A DNA stretch of 64,000 nucleotides, taken from assembly GCA_012521895.1 (NCBI GenBank), contig JAAYLK010000013.1, positions 4,898 to 68,897 on the forward strand, in the 5' to 3' direction. Source of the stretch: Clostridiales bacterium. Lineage in GTDB: Bacteria; Bacillota; Clostridia; Christensenellales; Aristaeellaceae. Both the position numbers and the translations under genes were made by a program. Below, piece after piece: positions 8,991 to 18,829 of the stretch; the first letter of the stretch is position 1, and every line of letters begins with the position of its first letter. The notes beneath the pieces are model-generated. The model had not been told where the DNA came from. It saw only the letters and a program-made list of their open reading frames with translations, and made no database searches.

Positions 8991-10487
8991 ATGAGCATCG
9001 TTCATAATTTTCCTTTTTTCAGCATCCTTCTGTGCATGGCGGCAGGCATTTTCACCTCCATGTTCAAACAGAAGCTGGCCAAGTGGGTCACTTTCTCTGT
9101 GGTTTTCGCTGTGTTCACACTCAGCGCCTTCACCCTGGCCCTCACTTTGAGGCTTGACGCATCCTATCCTTTCATGATGGGCCACTTCCCGGCGCCCTGG
9201 GGCAACGAAATCCGCATCGGCCGCCTTGAAGCGCTGATGGCGACCGGCTTTTCCGGCGTACTGCTGCTGGCCTTGATCGCGGGCTTCCACCACTCCCCCA
9301 GCTTTGTCAGCGAGCAGAAAACCAACCTCTATTGCATCATGGTAGATCTGGCGCTGGCGGCCATCCTGGCTTTGATTTATACCAATGACCTCTTCACCGT
9401 GTACGTCTTCATCGAGATTATGACCATCGCCTCCTGCGCCCTGGTGGTGGTCAGGCAAAACGGTCATACCCTGGTTGCCATCACCCGGTACATGATCATG
9501 CACCTTTTGGGCTCGGGCCTTTTGCTGCTGGGCATTTCAATGCTTTACGGCATCACGGGCCACCTGCTGATGCAGCCCTTGAACCAGGCCGTCCGGCAGA
9601 TTGTGCAAACCGGCAACTACACCGGCCCGCTCACGGTGGTTATCGCGCTGATAACCTCTGCCCTGGCCATCAAGAGCGCCATGTTCCCCTTTCACGTCTG
9701 GGCGCCGGACACCTACGCCTTTGCCCCGCCGCTCAGCTCGGCAATCTTGAGCGGCCTGATCAGCAAGGCCTACATCTTTGTCCTCATCAAGTTTTTTTAC
9801 CGCGTCATCGGCATGGACGTCATTATCAGCCAGAACATCAGCCAGTTCCTCTTCATCTGCGGCTCCTCCGGGATGATATTGGGCTCGGTCTTTGCCATCA
9901 GCCAGCGTGACATCCGCAAGATGATTGCCTATTCCTCCGTGGCCCAGATTGGCTATGTCTACATGGGCCTGGGCATGGGCAGCAATGCCGGCACGGAAGC
10001 CGCTTTGTTTCAAATGCTGGTGCATGCTGTGGTCAAGTCTGTGCTGTTCCTGGCCACCTATGAGCTGATCAATGTCTCCGGCGACCGCAAGCGCTTCCAC
10101 TACCTCCACGGTGCGGGCTACCGCAATGTCGTGGCCGGCATCGTGTTTACCGTGGCGTCGCTTAGCATGGTGGGCTTCCCCTTCACCGGCGGCTTCATCG
10201 TCAAACTGAACCTGGCCGTTTCGGGCATGGCCTATGGCGGCTGGATGCGGGCCTTCGTCCTGGTGGCCCTGGCTGTCAGCACCCTGCTCAACGCTGTGTA
10301 CTTCCTGCACACCGTTGTGTCCATTTACCGCAGGCCATCGCAGGACATCGTCTACCCCAGCGTTGTGAAATCCCCCTGGTACGCGATGGCCGCGATGACG
10401 GTGTCAGCCGTGGTCATCCTCTACCTGGGCGTTGGCTCACAGCCCATCCTGGACATTATCAAAGAAGGTTTGAAAACACTGATCTAA
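8991..10487 (+). CDS. MrpD/NuoN-like proton-conducting transporter membrane subunit (paralogue 1)
   Basis: 498-aa polytopic protein of the NuoL/M/N-MrpA/D family, with no C-terminal extension. Confidence 0.9.
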   Translation: MSIVHNFPFFSILLCMAAGIFTSMFKQKLAKWVTFSVVFAVFTLSAFTLALTLRLDASYPFMMGHFPAPWGNEIRIGRLEALMATGFSGVLLLALIAGFHHSPSFVSEQKTNLYCIMVDLALAAILALIYTNDLFTVYVFIEIMTIASCALVVVRQNGHTLVAITRYMIMHLLGSGLLLLGISMLYGITGHLLMQPLNQAVRQIVQTGNYTGPLTVVIALITSALAIKSAMFPFHVWAPDTYAFAPPLSSAILSGLISKAYIFVLIKFFYRVIGMDVIISQNISQFLFICGSSGMILGSVFAISQRDIRKMIAYSSVAQIGYVYMGLGMGSNAGTEAALFQMLVHAVVKSVLFLATYELINVSGDRKRFHYLHGAGYRNVVAGIVFTVASLSMVGFPFTGGFIVKLNLAVSGMAYGGWMRAFVLVALAVSTLLNAVYFLHTVVSIYRRPSQDIVYPSVVKSPWYAMAAMTVSAVVILYLGVGSQPILDIIKEGLKTLI

Positions 10488-10511
10488 GTCATCCTGAAGG
10501 AGGATTGCTGC

Positions 10512-11999
10512 ATGGAAGGTTTGTTGCTCTTGGTTGCCATCTTGCTGCCCGCGGTCGGGTCGCTGCTGGTGGTGTTTTTGCCCTGGTTGAACGAGAACCG
10601 CAAGGACAGGAATATGTTCGTGGGCGCCATCCTGGTGCTGGAGTGCATTGTGGTGCTCATGGTGGCCTTTGACGCGGAGCGGACACTGGTGCTGTTTGAA
10701 ATGACAAAGCAGCTGCCCATCGCCCTGCGCTCTGACGGCACCAGCCGGGTCTTTTCCGCGGTGATGTCCCTGATGTGGGCCATCTCAGGCTTTTACTCCT
10801 TTGAGTACATGAAGCACGAGCAGAACGAAAAAACCTATTACGCCTTCTACCTGATGACCCTTGCCTCCCTGATGGCGCTGACGCTGTCGGGCACCATGGT
10901 CACCATGTACCTCTTCTTTGAAATGATGACCTTCATCTCCGTGCCCATGGTGCTGCATAACCGCACCAAGGAAGCGGTTGCCGCGGGCATCAAGTACCTG
11001 ATTTACTCTGTCGCCGGGGCCACCATGGGCTTGCTGGGCATCTTCATGCTCACCCCCAACATCGCCTCCCCCTACTTTGTGGAAGGCGGCTCCCTGCTGG
11101 TGGACCAGCTGAACGTCTCCCACACCGCCTTCCAGGTGATCATCCTGGTCACCATCATTGGCTTTGGCACCAAGGCTGGTATGTTCCCCATGCACGGCTG
11201 GCTGCCCACCGCCCACCCGGTCGCCCCCTCCCCCGCCAGCGCCGTGCTGTCAGGCGTCATTACCAAGGCCGGTGTGCTGGCCATCTTCCGCATGATTTTC
11301 TACGTCATCGGCCCGGACTTCATCCGCGGCACCTGGGTTCAGTGGACCTTGCTGGGCTGCGCCACCTTGACGGTCTTCATGGGGTCCATGCTGGCGCTGC
11401 GTGAAAAAACCATTAAAAAACGTCTGGCCTACTCCAGCGTTTCCCAGGTCAGCTATGTGCTGTGCGGTGTGTTTATCCTGGACACCATGGCGCTGGACGG
11501 CGCCCTGCTGCAGCTGGTCTTCCACGCGCTAACCAAGGACGCGCTCTTCCTGTGCGCGGGCGTCATCATCTACAAGCTGGGCATCACCCGGGTGGATGAG
11601 ATGCACAACATCGGCAAGGTCATGCCCTGGACCATGTGGCTGTTCACCATCTGCGCCATTTCCCTGGTGGGCATCCCGCCCCTGGGCGGCTTCATCGCCA
11701 AGTGGTACATCGCGGAAGGCGCTTTGGTTTCCGGCACAACGGTGTTCAGCTGGCTGGTGCCCATCATCCTCCTGATTTCCGCCATGCTCACCGCGGGCTA
11801 CCTCCTGCCCCCCAGCGTATCCTCCTTCTTTGGCGGCATGGCCCACGGCGAGGTGGACTCGGCGCTCACCCAGAAGATGGACCCGCCGCTGTTGATGCTG
11901 ATCCCGATCATCATCCTCACCACCGCCATCCTGCTGCTGGGCATTTTCCCGGGCACCATGATCGACGTGTTCACCAAGCTTGCAAACACTTTGTTTTAA
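10512..11999 (+). CDS. MrpD/NuoM-like proton-conducting transporter membrane subunit (paralogue 2)
   Basis: 495 aa, same family (MFPMHGWLPTAHPVAPSPASAVLSG). Confidence 0.9.
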   Translation: MEGLLLLVAILLPAVGSLLVVFLPWLNENRKDRNMFVGAILVLECIVVLMVAFDAERTLVLFEMTKQLPIALRSDGTSRVFSAVMSLMWAISGFYSFEYMKHEQNEKTYYAFYLMTLASLMALTLSGTMVTMYLFFEMMTFISVPMVLHNRTKEAVAAGIKYLIYSVAGATMGLLGIFMLTPNIASPYFVEGGSLLVDQLNVSHTAFQVIILVTIIGFGTKAGMFPMHGWLPTAHPVAPSPASAVLSGVITKAGVLAIFRMIFYVIGPDFIRGTWVQWTLLGCATLTVFMGSMLALREKTIKKRLAYSSVSQVSYVLCGVFILDTMALDGALLQLVFHALTKDALFLCAGVIIYKLGITRVDEMHNIGKVMPWTMWLFTICAISLVGIPPLGGFIAKWYIAEGALVSGTTVFSWLVPIILLISAMLTAGYLLPPSVSSFFGGMAHGEVDSALTQKMDPPLLMLIPIIILTTAILLLGIFPGTMIDVFTKLANTLF

Positions 12000-12020
12000 C
12001 GCAACAGTAAGAGGAGCATT

Positions 12021-13472
12021 ATGATTCTAATTCTGGCCATCAGCCTGCCCATACTGTTTGGTGCGCTGATGCCTGCCTTGAAAATGAAAAAGGCGGACCG
12101 TGACGTCTACCTGATGACAGCGACGGTGGTAACCAGCTGCCTGGTGATTTTCGCCTTGTTTACGCATTCGGGTGAAGTCAAGCTCATCAGCTTCAACGAG
12201 CAGCTGGGCTTGTCGCTGCGGCTTGATCACCTGGGCCGCCTGTTCGCAGCCGTCATCGCCATCCTCTGGCCCTTTACCATGCTGTACGCCATCGCCTACA
12301 TGAAGCACGAGGAGAAGCAGACCTCCTTCTTTGCCTTCTTCCTCATCAGCTATGGCACGACGCTGGGCATCGCCTTGAGTGACAACTTGCTCACCCTCTA
12401 TGTATTTTATGAGGCGATGACCATGGCCACCCTACCCCTTGTCATGCATGGCGGCAGCCAGAAAGCGGTCTCAGCGGGCCTGAAATACCTGTATTACTCC
12501 CTGGGCGGCTCCGCCTTTGCCTTCATCGGCCTGGTCTACCTGGTGTACTTTGGCGGCAGCACAGCTTTTGTGCCGGGCGGCCTGTTCACCGGCGTTGACC
12601 TCACCCACACCACGCAGCTACGCCTGGGCTATGTGCTGTGCTTCCTGGGCTTTGGCGTCAAGGCTGCGGTCTTCCCCCTGCATGGCTGGCTGCCAACGGC
12701 CTCTGTCGCGCCCACGCCGGTCACGGCTTTGCTGCACGCGGTCGCCGTGGTCAAGTCCGGTGTGTTCGCCATCATCCGCGTCACCTACTTCAGCTTTGGC
12801 ATCACGGTAATCAAAGGCAGCTACGCCCAGACAGTACCGTTGATTCTGTGCGTGTTTACGATTGTGTTTGGCTGCGCGATGGCATTGAAAGAAAAGCATC
12901 TAAAGCGCAGGCTGGCCTATTCCACGGTGTCCAACCTCTCCTACATCCTCTTTGGCGCGCTGCTGCTGTCCCAGCAAGGCCTGTACGCGGGGCTCATGCA
13001 CCTGGTCTTCCACGCGCTGATGAAGATTACCTTGTTCCTGACGGCCGGTGTCTACAACGAGCGTGCCAATGTCTACTACGTGGATGAGATGCGCGGCATC
13101 GCCAAGGTCTATCCTGTGTTCTCCGTGATTTTTGTGATTGCTTCCCTGGCCATGACCGGCATTCCCCCCTTGCTTGGCTTCTTAAGCAAGTGGTTTTTGG
13201 CGCAGGCCGGATTCGCGGCCGCGAACTGGCTGGCTTATGCAGGCATCATCGCCTTGCTCATCAGCGCCATCCTGACCGGGATTTACCTGATGGTTCCTTC
13301 CTTCGCGCAATTCTTCCAGGCCAAGAGGGAAGACCAGGCGCAGCAGATTGACTGGCAGTTCAAGGTGTCCCTGGTGGGCCTGTGCCTGATCCTGCTGGCT
13401 CTGACGGTGTACAACACGCCCGTGCTTGAGTTCCTTGCGAAAACTGCAGCCAGCGCTGTGACAGGAGGGTAA
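12021..13472 (+). CDS. MrpD/NuoN-like proton-conducting transporter membrane subunit (paralogue 3)
   Basis: 483 aa, same family (VFPLHGWLPTASVAPTPVTALLHA). Confidence 0.9.
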   Translation: MILILAISLPILFGALMPALKMKKADRDVYLMTATVVTSCLVIFALFTHSGEVKLISFNEQLGLSLRLDHLGRLFAAVIAILWPFTMLYAIAYMKHEEKQTSFFAFFLISYGTTLGIALSDNLLTLYVFYEAMTMATLPLVMHGGSQKAVSAGLKYLYYSLGGSAFAFIGLVYLVYFGGSTAFVPGGLFTGVDLTHTTQLRLGYVLCFLGFGVKAAVFPLHGWLPTASVAPTPVTALLHAVAVVKSGVFAIIRVTYFSFGITVIKGSYAQTVPLILCVFTIVFGCAMALKEKHLKRRLAYSTVSNLSYILFGALLLSQQGLYAGLMHLVFHALMKITLFLTAGVYNERANVYYVDEMRGIAKVYPVFSVIFVIASLAMTGIPPLLGFLSKWFLAQAGFAAANWLAYAGIIALLISAILTGIYLMVPSFAQFFQAKREDQAQQIDWQFKVSLVGLCLILLALTVYNTPVLEFLAKTAASAVTGG

Positions 13473-13477
13473 GAAGA

Positions 13478-15598
13478 ATGGAGTATTTGATTCCCATCGC
13501 CATTGCCCTGCCCTTTGTTCTGGCAGTGCCGGCCTATGTCCTGTCAAAAAAACAGGTGCAGGCTGCTTATGCTGTGATGATTGCCGCCTGCACGGCGGTG
13601 TTCGCCATGCTTGCCTATGTCTTTGTGCAAAACGCGGAGCCGGCCTTCCAGCTCAATGGCATCCTGAGCCTGAACATCAGCTTCAAGGCGGATGGCTTCC
13701 GCTCGATGTACGCCCTGGTCGCGGCCTTCATGTGGCTGATGACCTCCCTGTTCGCGCCGCAGTACTTCCACCATGGCCACGCGCAGGGGCGCTACGCGAT
13801 GTTTACCTTGCTGACCCTGGGCGCGACCCTGGGCGTCTTCCTGTCAAATGACCTGATCACAGCCTTCCTTTTCTTTGAAATCCTGTCCTTTACCAGCTAT
13901 TGCTGGGTCATTCATGAAGAAACCCCCGGGGCCATGCGCGCCGGGCAAACCTACCTTGCCATCGCCATCCTGGGTGGCATGGCCATGCTGATGGGCCTGA
14001 TGCTGCTGCATGTCAAGACCGGCACGCTGGCTTTTGAAGCCCTGCCCCAAGCCTTACAAGGGATTGAAGTCTCAGAACTCTACCTGCCCGGCGCCCTCAT
14101 CCTGGCCGGCTTTGGGGCCAAGGCTGGCATGTACCCTCTCCATGTCTGGCTGCCCAAGGCCCACCCCGTCGCGCCCGCGCCGGCCAGCGCCCTGCTCAGC
14201 GGCATCCTCACCAAGGTGGGCATCTATGGCATCCTGGTGTTGTCCACGCGCTTGTTCTTTGATGATGTGCTCTGGGGCAACCTGCTGCTGGGCTTAGGCC
14301 TCATCAACATGCTGCTGGGAGCGGTGCTCGCCCTCTTCTCAACCGACCTCAAGCGCACCCTGGCCTGTTCTTCCATGAGCCAGATTGGCTTCATCCTGCT
14401 GGGCGTCGGCATGCAAAGCCTGTTGGGTGAGCACAACGCGCTGGCCGCACAGGGAACCGTGCTGCACATGCTCAACCATAGCCTGATCAAACTGGTGCTG
14501 TTCATGGCGGCCGGTGTGGTCTATCTCAACACACACAGCCTGAACCTGAATGAGATTCAAGGATATGGCCGAAGGAAACCCGGCCTGATGCTGATTTTCA
14601 TGACAGGTGCCGCCAGCATCAGCGGCATCCCCTTCTTTAGCGGCTATGCCTCAAAAACCCTGCTGCACGAAGCGGTGATAGAGTATGTTCACCACCTGGA
14701 TGCCCTTGGGCACAACAGCACGCTGTACCAGGGCGCTGAATGGCTCTTTGTCATCACCGGCGGCATCACCTTCTGCTACATGCTCAAGCTGTTCATTGTT
14801 ATCTTCGTTCAAAAGCACCCCACCCGCCAGGAGGAACATGACAAACGCGGCCGCTCGATGTCCGCGCTGTCCACTGCGGCGCTGGGTTTATCAGCCCTGG
14901 TGCTGTTTGCCCTGGGCCTGCGCCCGGAAGGCGCGCTAACCGCGCTGGCCAATCGTTCACTGCCCTTCCTGCTCGCGCATGAGCCCGCGCACGAGGTGCA
15001 TTACCTGGCCTGGGTCAACCTGTATGGCGGCGGGAAATCCCTGATCCTGGGCCTAGTGTTGTATGTAACGGTGGTGCGCCTGTGGCTGATCAAAAAAGAC
15101 GCCAATGGCATTCAAACCTACATCAACCCCTGGCCTCAGTGGCTGGATTTGGAAGACAGGCTGTACCGTCCTGTGGTGTCCATGCTGACCGGGCTTGGTA
15201 TGCTCATCTGCCGCCCGCTGGGGGCGATTGAGCGAGTCTTTACAGCCCTGTACGCTGCCTTGACCTTTGTTGTCCGCCTGTTTGACAGCCTGGTGGACGC
15301 GGTCTCCCTGCTGCTGATGCGCACCATTTTAAAACCCAGCGTTCAGAGCAATCCCTATGTGCCTGTTGGCAACAAGTTCACCTTTGGCCTGGGCAGGCTG
15401 ATGGACACCCTATCCACCTTCTTCCGTTCCGTCTTAGGCATGCAGCCCAAGGCCCAGCACCATTACATCCGCTTGTACGCCGCGGTCTATTCCACCGCCC
15501 AGGACACTTTGCGCCGGATGCTGAAAACCCTGTCCTTTGGTTTGATTCTCTTCGCCCTGGCGATTGTGCTGTTCCTGGCCTTCCTGCTGATTAAATAA
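13478..15598 (+). CDS. MrpA/NuoL-like antiporter subunit with C-terminal lateral-helix-like extension
   Basis: 706 aa. The N-terminal ~480 aa belong to the antiporter-like family (MYPLHVWLPKAHPVAPAPASALLSG). They are followed by a ~220-aa extension with amphipathic stretches and a terminal TM helix. There is no fused MrpB-like domain. Confidence 0.85.
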   Translation: MEYLIPIAIALPFVLAVPAYVLSKKQVQAAYAVMIAACTAVFAMLAYVFVQNAEPAFQLNGILSLNISFKADGFRSMYALVAAFMWLMTSLFAPQYFHHGHAQGRYAMFTLLTLGATLGVFLSNDLITAFLFFEILSFTSYCWVIHEETPGAMRAGQTYLAIAILGGMAMLMGLMLLHVKTGTLAFEALPQALQGIEVSELYLPGALILAGFGAKAGMYPLHVWLPKAHPVAPAPASALLSGILTKVGIYGILVLSTRLFFDDVLWGNLLLGLGLINMLLGAVLALFSTDLKRTLACSSMSQIGFILLGVGMQSLLGEHNALAAQGTVLHMLNHSLIKLVLFMAAGVVYLNTHSLNLNEIQGYGRRKPGLMLIFMTGAASISGIPFFSGYASKTLLHEAVIEYVHHLDALGHNSTLYQGAEWLFVITGGITFCYMLKLFIVIFVQKHPTRQEEHDKRGRSMSALSTAALGLSALVLFALGLRPEGALTALANRSLPFLLAHEPAHEVHYLAWVNLYGGGKSLILGLVLYVTVVRLWLIKKDANGIQTYINPWPQWLDLEDRLYRPVVSMLTGLGMLICRPLGAIERVFTALYAALTFVVRLFDSLVDAVSLLLMRTILKPSVQSNPYVPVGNKFTFGLGRLMDTLSTFFRSVLGMQPKAQHHYIRLYAAVYSTAQDTLRRMLKTLSFGLILFALAIVLFLAFLLIK

Positions 15599-15608
15599 CA
15601 ACGACACC

Positions 15609-15648
15609 AAAAAAATCCCGGAGGCTTGTCAGGCTTCCGGGATTTTCT
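15609..15648. terminator. Bidirectional intrinsic terminator between convergent genes
   Basis: 12-bp stem aatcccggaggc/gcttccgggatt, flanked by an A-run upstream and a T-run downstream. Confidence 0.65.
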
Positions 15649-15661
15649 TGTTGGTTCGGTT

Positions 15662-17935
15662 TCAGTCAACGACCTCGCCGGTCATGTTCAGCCAGGCTTT
15701 GCGGATGGCGCGCTGGTTGGAAGCGCCATAGTCCGGATCGTTCCTGTTGACCTCGTCCATGTCCCGCAGGAAGTGGATGCACAGGTGCCCGCCGAAGCCA
15801 TTGCCGGAGATGGCGCCGGTCAGGTGGGGCCTGTTGTGCATGGCGGCCAGGGTCCAGGTGCCGTCTGGCAGTTTGACATAAACGGTGTTGATGTTCCAGG
15901 AGGGGATGCCAAAGGCGCGGTTGAGCAGTTGGGTGTCCCGCCAGGTGGAGGGCTCCGAATCAGCGTGGTTGCCCATGGAGTAAAAGCGAATCTTAAAGCT
16001 GGTGTCGCTGGCGGGGTGATAGACCGTGACGGTCTGCCCAGCGCCAAAGCGCGGCTTGATGTCCTCAAACCAATGCAGCAGCTTGACCTGGGAACTTGAA
16101 GGGCCGCCCCCCTTGCCTTCGGAAGCGGAGATGCCTGAGACTGCGGTGGCGTAGGACTTCGCGTTGGTGGAGTAGATGGCAGACTGTGTCAAGGCATCCG
16201 CGATGCCTGTGATGGGCAGGCCATTGCGCTGTTGGAAACCGACAACCGCCTGGTGGGTGGCAATGTCAAACCGCGCGTTGACCGTGACCGGGTACCCCAG
16301 ATCACGCAAAACTTTCTGCATTGCCTCAACATCCGAATTTTTGTTGTCAATGCGCAGGGTTTTATAGCTCAAGGGCTTGTCCAGCGCGGTCCGCGCAGCA
16401 CCGCTTTGCAATACCATTGCGGTCTGCGCGCCAAAGATGCCGTCAACTTTCAAGTCATTCTGTGATTGAAAGCGTTTCACCGCTTCCTGGGTCATGCTGT
16501 CATAGCTTGAGGTGCGGGAGATGGTGTATTTCAAGTCAGCCAGCAGGGCTTGCAAGGCCAGGACATCCTCACCCTGGTCCCCGGGGCGCAGGATTCGTGT
16601 GAAGGTTTCCTTCTCTTCCTCCACGGGTTTTGTTTCATCCCCAGGGATTGGGGTTTCAAGCGGCGTGTCGCTTCCCAGCGCGGGGCTTACAGCAGGGCTT
16701 GCTTCAGGTGAAGCGCTTGGGGTGCTTTGCTCCTGCGTAAAGCGTAAAAAGGACGTCATCACAAAGCCCTGCTGTCCTTCATACACCACTTCGCTCCAGT
16801 CAGTTCCCCTGTTCACCAGCAACAAAGCCGTGCCGGATGGAATCTGGCCAATGATGTTGTTACTCTCAGCCACGCTGCTGCGCAGGTTCAGGAAGCGACC
16901 CTGCTGGTTGTTCACAAAGGCGATACCGTTGATTTGACCGACGTTGCCTGGCGTGGAAGTCGGCATGATGGTGGCGGTTGGTTCACTGGATGGTTCAATC
17001 ACAGACGTTTCGCTTTGATTGGTGTCATGCCGCAGGAAGGAATCCATCACATAGCCAGTGATGTTGCCATAGGTCACCTGGCTCCAGTTGCCGAGCCTTG
17101 CCAGCACCTTGACCTGGGCAAGATAGGGAATCTGCAGCAAAGCTTTGCTGCTTGTGGACATGCGCTCACGCAGGTTCAAGCTGCCCCTGTTGCCGGTGAC
17201 GACCTGGGCCGTGGAGGATGCAAGCGGAGGTGTTGTTGCTTGGGCCGGGGGCGCGGTTGGCGCGGGGGTGGCTGTGCTCATTGAGTTGGTGGGTGTTTCA
17301 GTTGGCAATATGACAGGCGCCTGGGTTTGCGTTGGCGGCGCCGTGACCGGATCCTGGCGCAAGAAGGACGACTGAACATAGCCTGTTCTGCCCTCTGCCC
17401 TGACCTGGCTCCAGCTGCCTGACGTGTTCAACACTTCTACCGCAGTGCCAAAAGGAAGCTGGGCGATGGTGGTGTTCCCATAGGCCGGGCGGTTGCGCAT
17501 GTTCAAAGCGCCACGGTTGGCGGTATAGACATAAGACAGCCCGGCGGTCACAGGCGCGCTGGGTGCCTGTGGTACCACGGGTGTTGCAGTGACACTGGGA
17601 AGCGGGTTCTGGTCGGTGGCAGGAGTGCCTGGCTTGAACTGCGGCGCTTGGGCGTATAAGGCAGTCAGGGTCATCCGTCCAGCCAGGCCGTCCGCTTCGA
17701 GTCTGTTTGTTTGCTGAAAAGAGCGCACGGCCTGCTCGGTCATGGGGCCATACTTGCCATCAGCCGCAATGGCATAGCCCAGGCTGATCAAGCCAGACTG
17801 CATGGCGCGCACATCTGCGCTTTCATACCCTGGGCGCAGTGTCGCGTACTCCGCCAGGGCAGATGGTATCATGCTCGTCAATGCGAGGACACAGATGAGG
17901 ACATAAAGAAAACGGGCAACTCTCGGCTTGTTCAC
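15662..17935 (-). CDS. Secreted peptidoglycan-binding protein (3x PG_binding_1, 3x SH3b) with unassigned C-terminal domain
   Basis: Signal peptide; three PG_binding_1-like repeats (e.g. DVRAMQSGLISLGY...DGKYGPMT); three SH3b-like repeats (...GYVQSSFL, GYVMDSFL, GFVMTSFL); P/T/A-rich linkers. Start set to GTG 17935 (AGGAG 7 nt upstream) rather than GTG 17971. Confidence 0.8.
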   Translation of the reverse strand: MNKPRVARFLYVLICVLALTSMIPSALAEYATLRPGYESADVRAMQSGLISLGYAIAADGKYGPMTEQAVRSFQQTNRLEADGLAGRMTLTALYAQAPQFKPGTPATDQNPLPSVTATPVVPQAPSAPVTAGLSYVYTANRGALNMRNRPAYGNTTIAQLPFGTAVEVLNTSGSWSQVRAEGRTGYVQSSFLRQDPVTAPPTQTQAPVILPTETPTNSMSTATPAPTAPPAQATTPPLASSTAQVVTGNRGSLNLRERMSTSSKALLQIPYLAQVKVLARLGNWSQVTYGNITGYVMDSFLRHDTNQSETSVIEPSSEPTATIMPTSTPGNVGQINGIAFVNNQQGRFLNLRSSVAESNNIIGQIPSGTALLLVNRGTDWSEVVYEGQQGFVMTSFLRFTQEQSTPSASPEASPAVSPALGSDTPLETPIPGDETKPVEEEKETFTRILRPGDQGEDVLALQALLADLKYTISRTSSYDSMTQEAVKRFQSQNDLKVDGIFGAQTAMVLQSGAARTALDKPLSYKTLRIDNKNSDVEAMQKVLRDLGYPVTVNARFDIATHQAVVGFQQRNGLPITGIADALTQSAIYSTNAKSYATAVSGISASEGKGGGPSSSQVKLLHWFEDIKPRFGAGQTVTVYHPASDTSFKIRFYSMGNHADSEPSTWRDTQLLNRAFGIPSWNINTVYVKLPDGTWTLAAMHNRPHLTGAISGNGFGGHLCIHFLRDMDEVNRNDPDYGASNQRAIRKAWLNMTGEVVD

Positions 17936-18007
17936 GTTCGTTCTCCTTTGCTGATGCGCCGATTGTACCACGTTGTTTCTTAAATGTAAACAGATATTAC
18001 GAAATTA

Positions 18008-18829
18008 TTAAATTATCAATCTCTTGATTGCATTGGACAAGGCCGCGAACTGTGGCAGGTCAAGGGCTTCCCCCCGTATTTTTTCCGGCAGGCCGCAGTG
18101 GGAGAGCAGGTCAAGCACTTGCTGGCGTGGCAGCTTCACCAACTGGGCTAGGTTGTTGGCCAGCGTTTTTCTACGCATCGCAAACGCCGTTTGAATGACT
18201 GAAGAAAATAAATCCTCGTCCTCCACCCGTACAGGCGGGGCGTGATGATACGGCATGGTGACGAACACGCTGTCTACCTTGGGCGGAGGTGTAAAGCATT
18301 TTGCCGGGATGGACAAGGCCTCCCTTGGGGCGGTTTTATAGGCCACCGCCAACGCGAGCGGGCCATATTCCGGGGTGTCAGGCCTGGCGAAAATTCGTTC
18401 CGCCGCCTCTTTTTGAACCATCACATGGATGCCCAGCAGGGGCAGCTTGCTGTGCAGGAGCAGGTTAAGAATCGGCGTGGTCAGGTAGTAAGGCAGGTTG
18501 GATACAACATGAAAAGGCCCCTTGCCTTCCATCAGCTGGGCAAGGTCAGTCTTCATCACATCCACCATGTGCAAGCTGATGTTGTCAAACTCCTCAAAGC
18601 GGGAGCGCAGCACGGTCTCCAGCCGCGCGTCAATCTCCAGGGTGACCAGCTCTTTGCATTGCCTGGCCAGGGCGATGCTCAGGTCTCCCCTGCCGGCGCC
18701 AATCTCCAGGATTGTATCATCCTTAGTGATGCCTGTTTGTTGAACAATGTCCGCAAGCAGCGCTTCATCAAAAATAAAGTTCTGTCCCAGGGAGATTTTA
18801 TATTCGAATTGCTTCAAATCCTGCTTCAT
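18008..18829 (-). CDS. rsmA: 16S rRNA (adenine1518/1519-N6)-dimethyltransferase
   Basis: GQNFIFDE, EIGAGRGDLS and VVSNLPYYLTTPIL motifs. The start overlaps the rpe stop. Confidence 0.93.
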   Translation of the reverse strand: MKQDLKQFEYKISLGQNFIFDEALLADIVQQTGITKDDTILEIGAGRGDLSIALARQCKELVTLEIDARLETVLRSRFEEFDNISLHMVDVMKTDLAQLMEGKGPFHVVSNLPYYLTTPILNLLLHSKLPLLGIHVMVQKEAAERIFARPDTPEYGPLALAVAYKTAPREALSIPAKCFTPPPKVDSVFVTMPYHHAPPVRVEDEDLFSSVIQTAFAMRRKTLANNLAQLVKLPRQQVLDLLSHCGLPEKIRGEALDLPQFAALSNAIKRLII

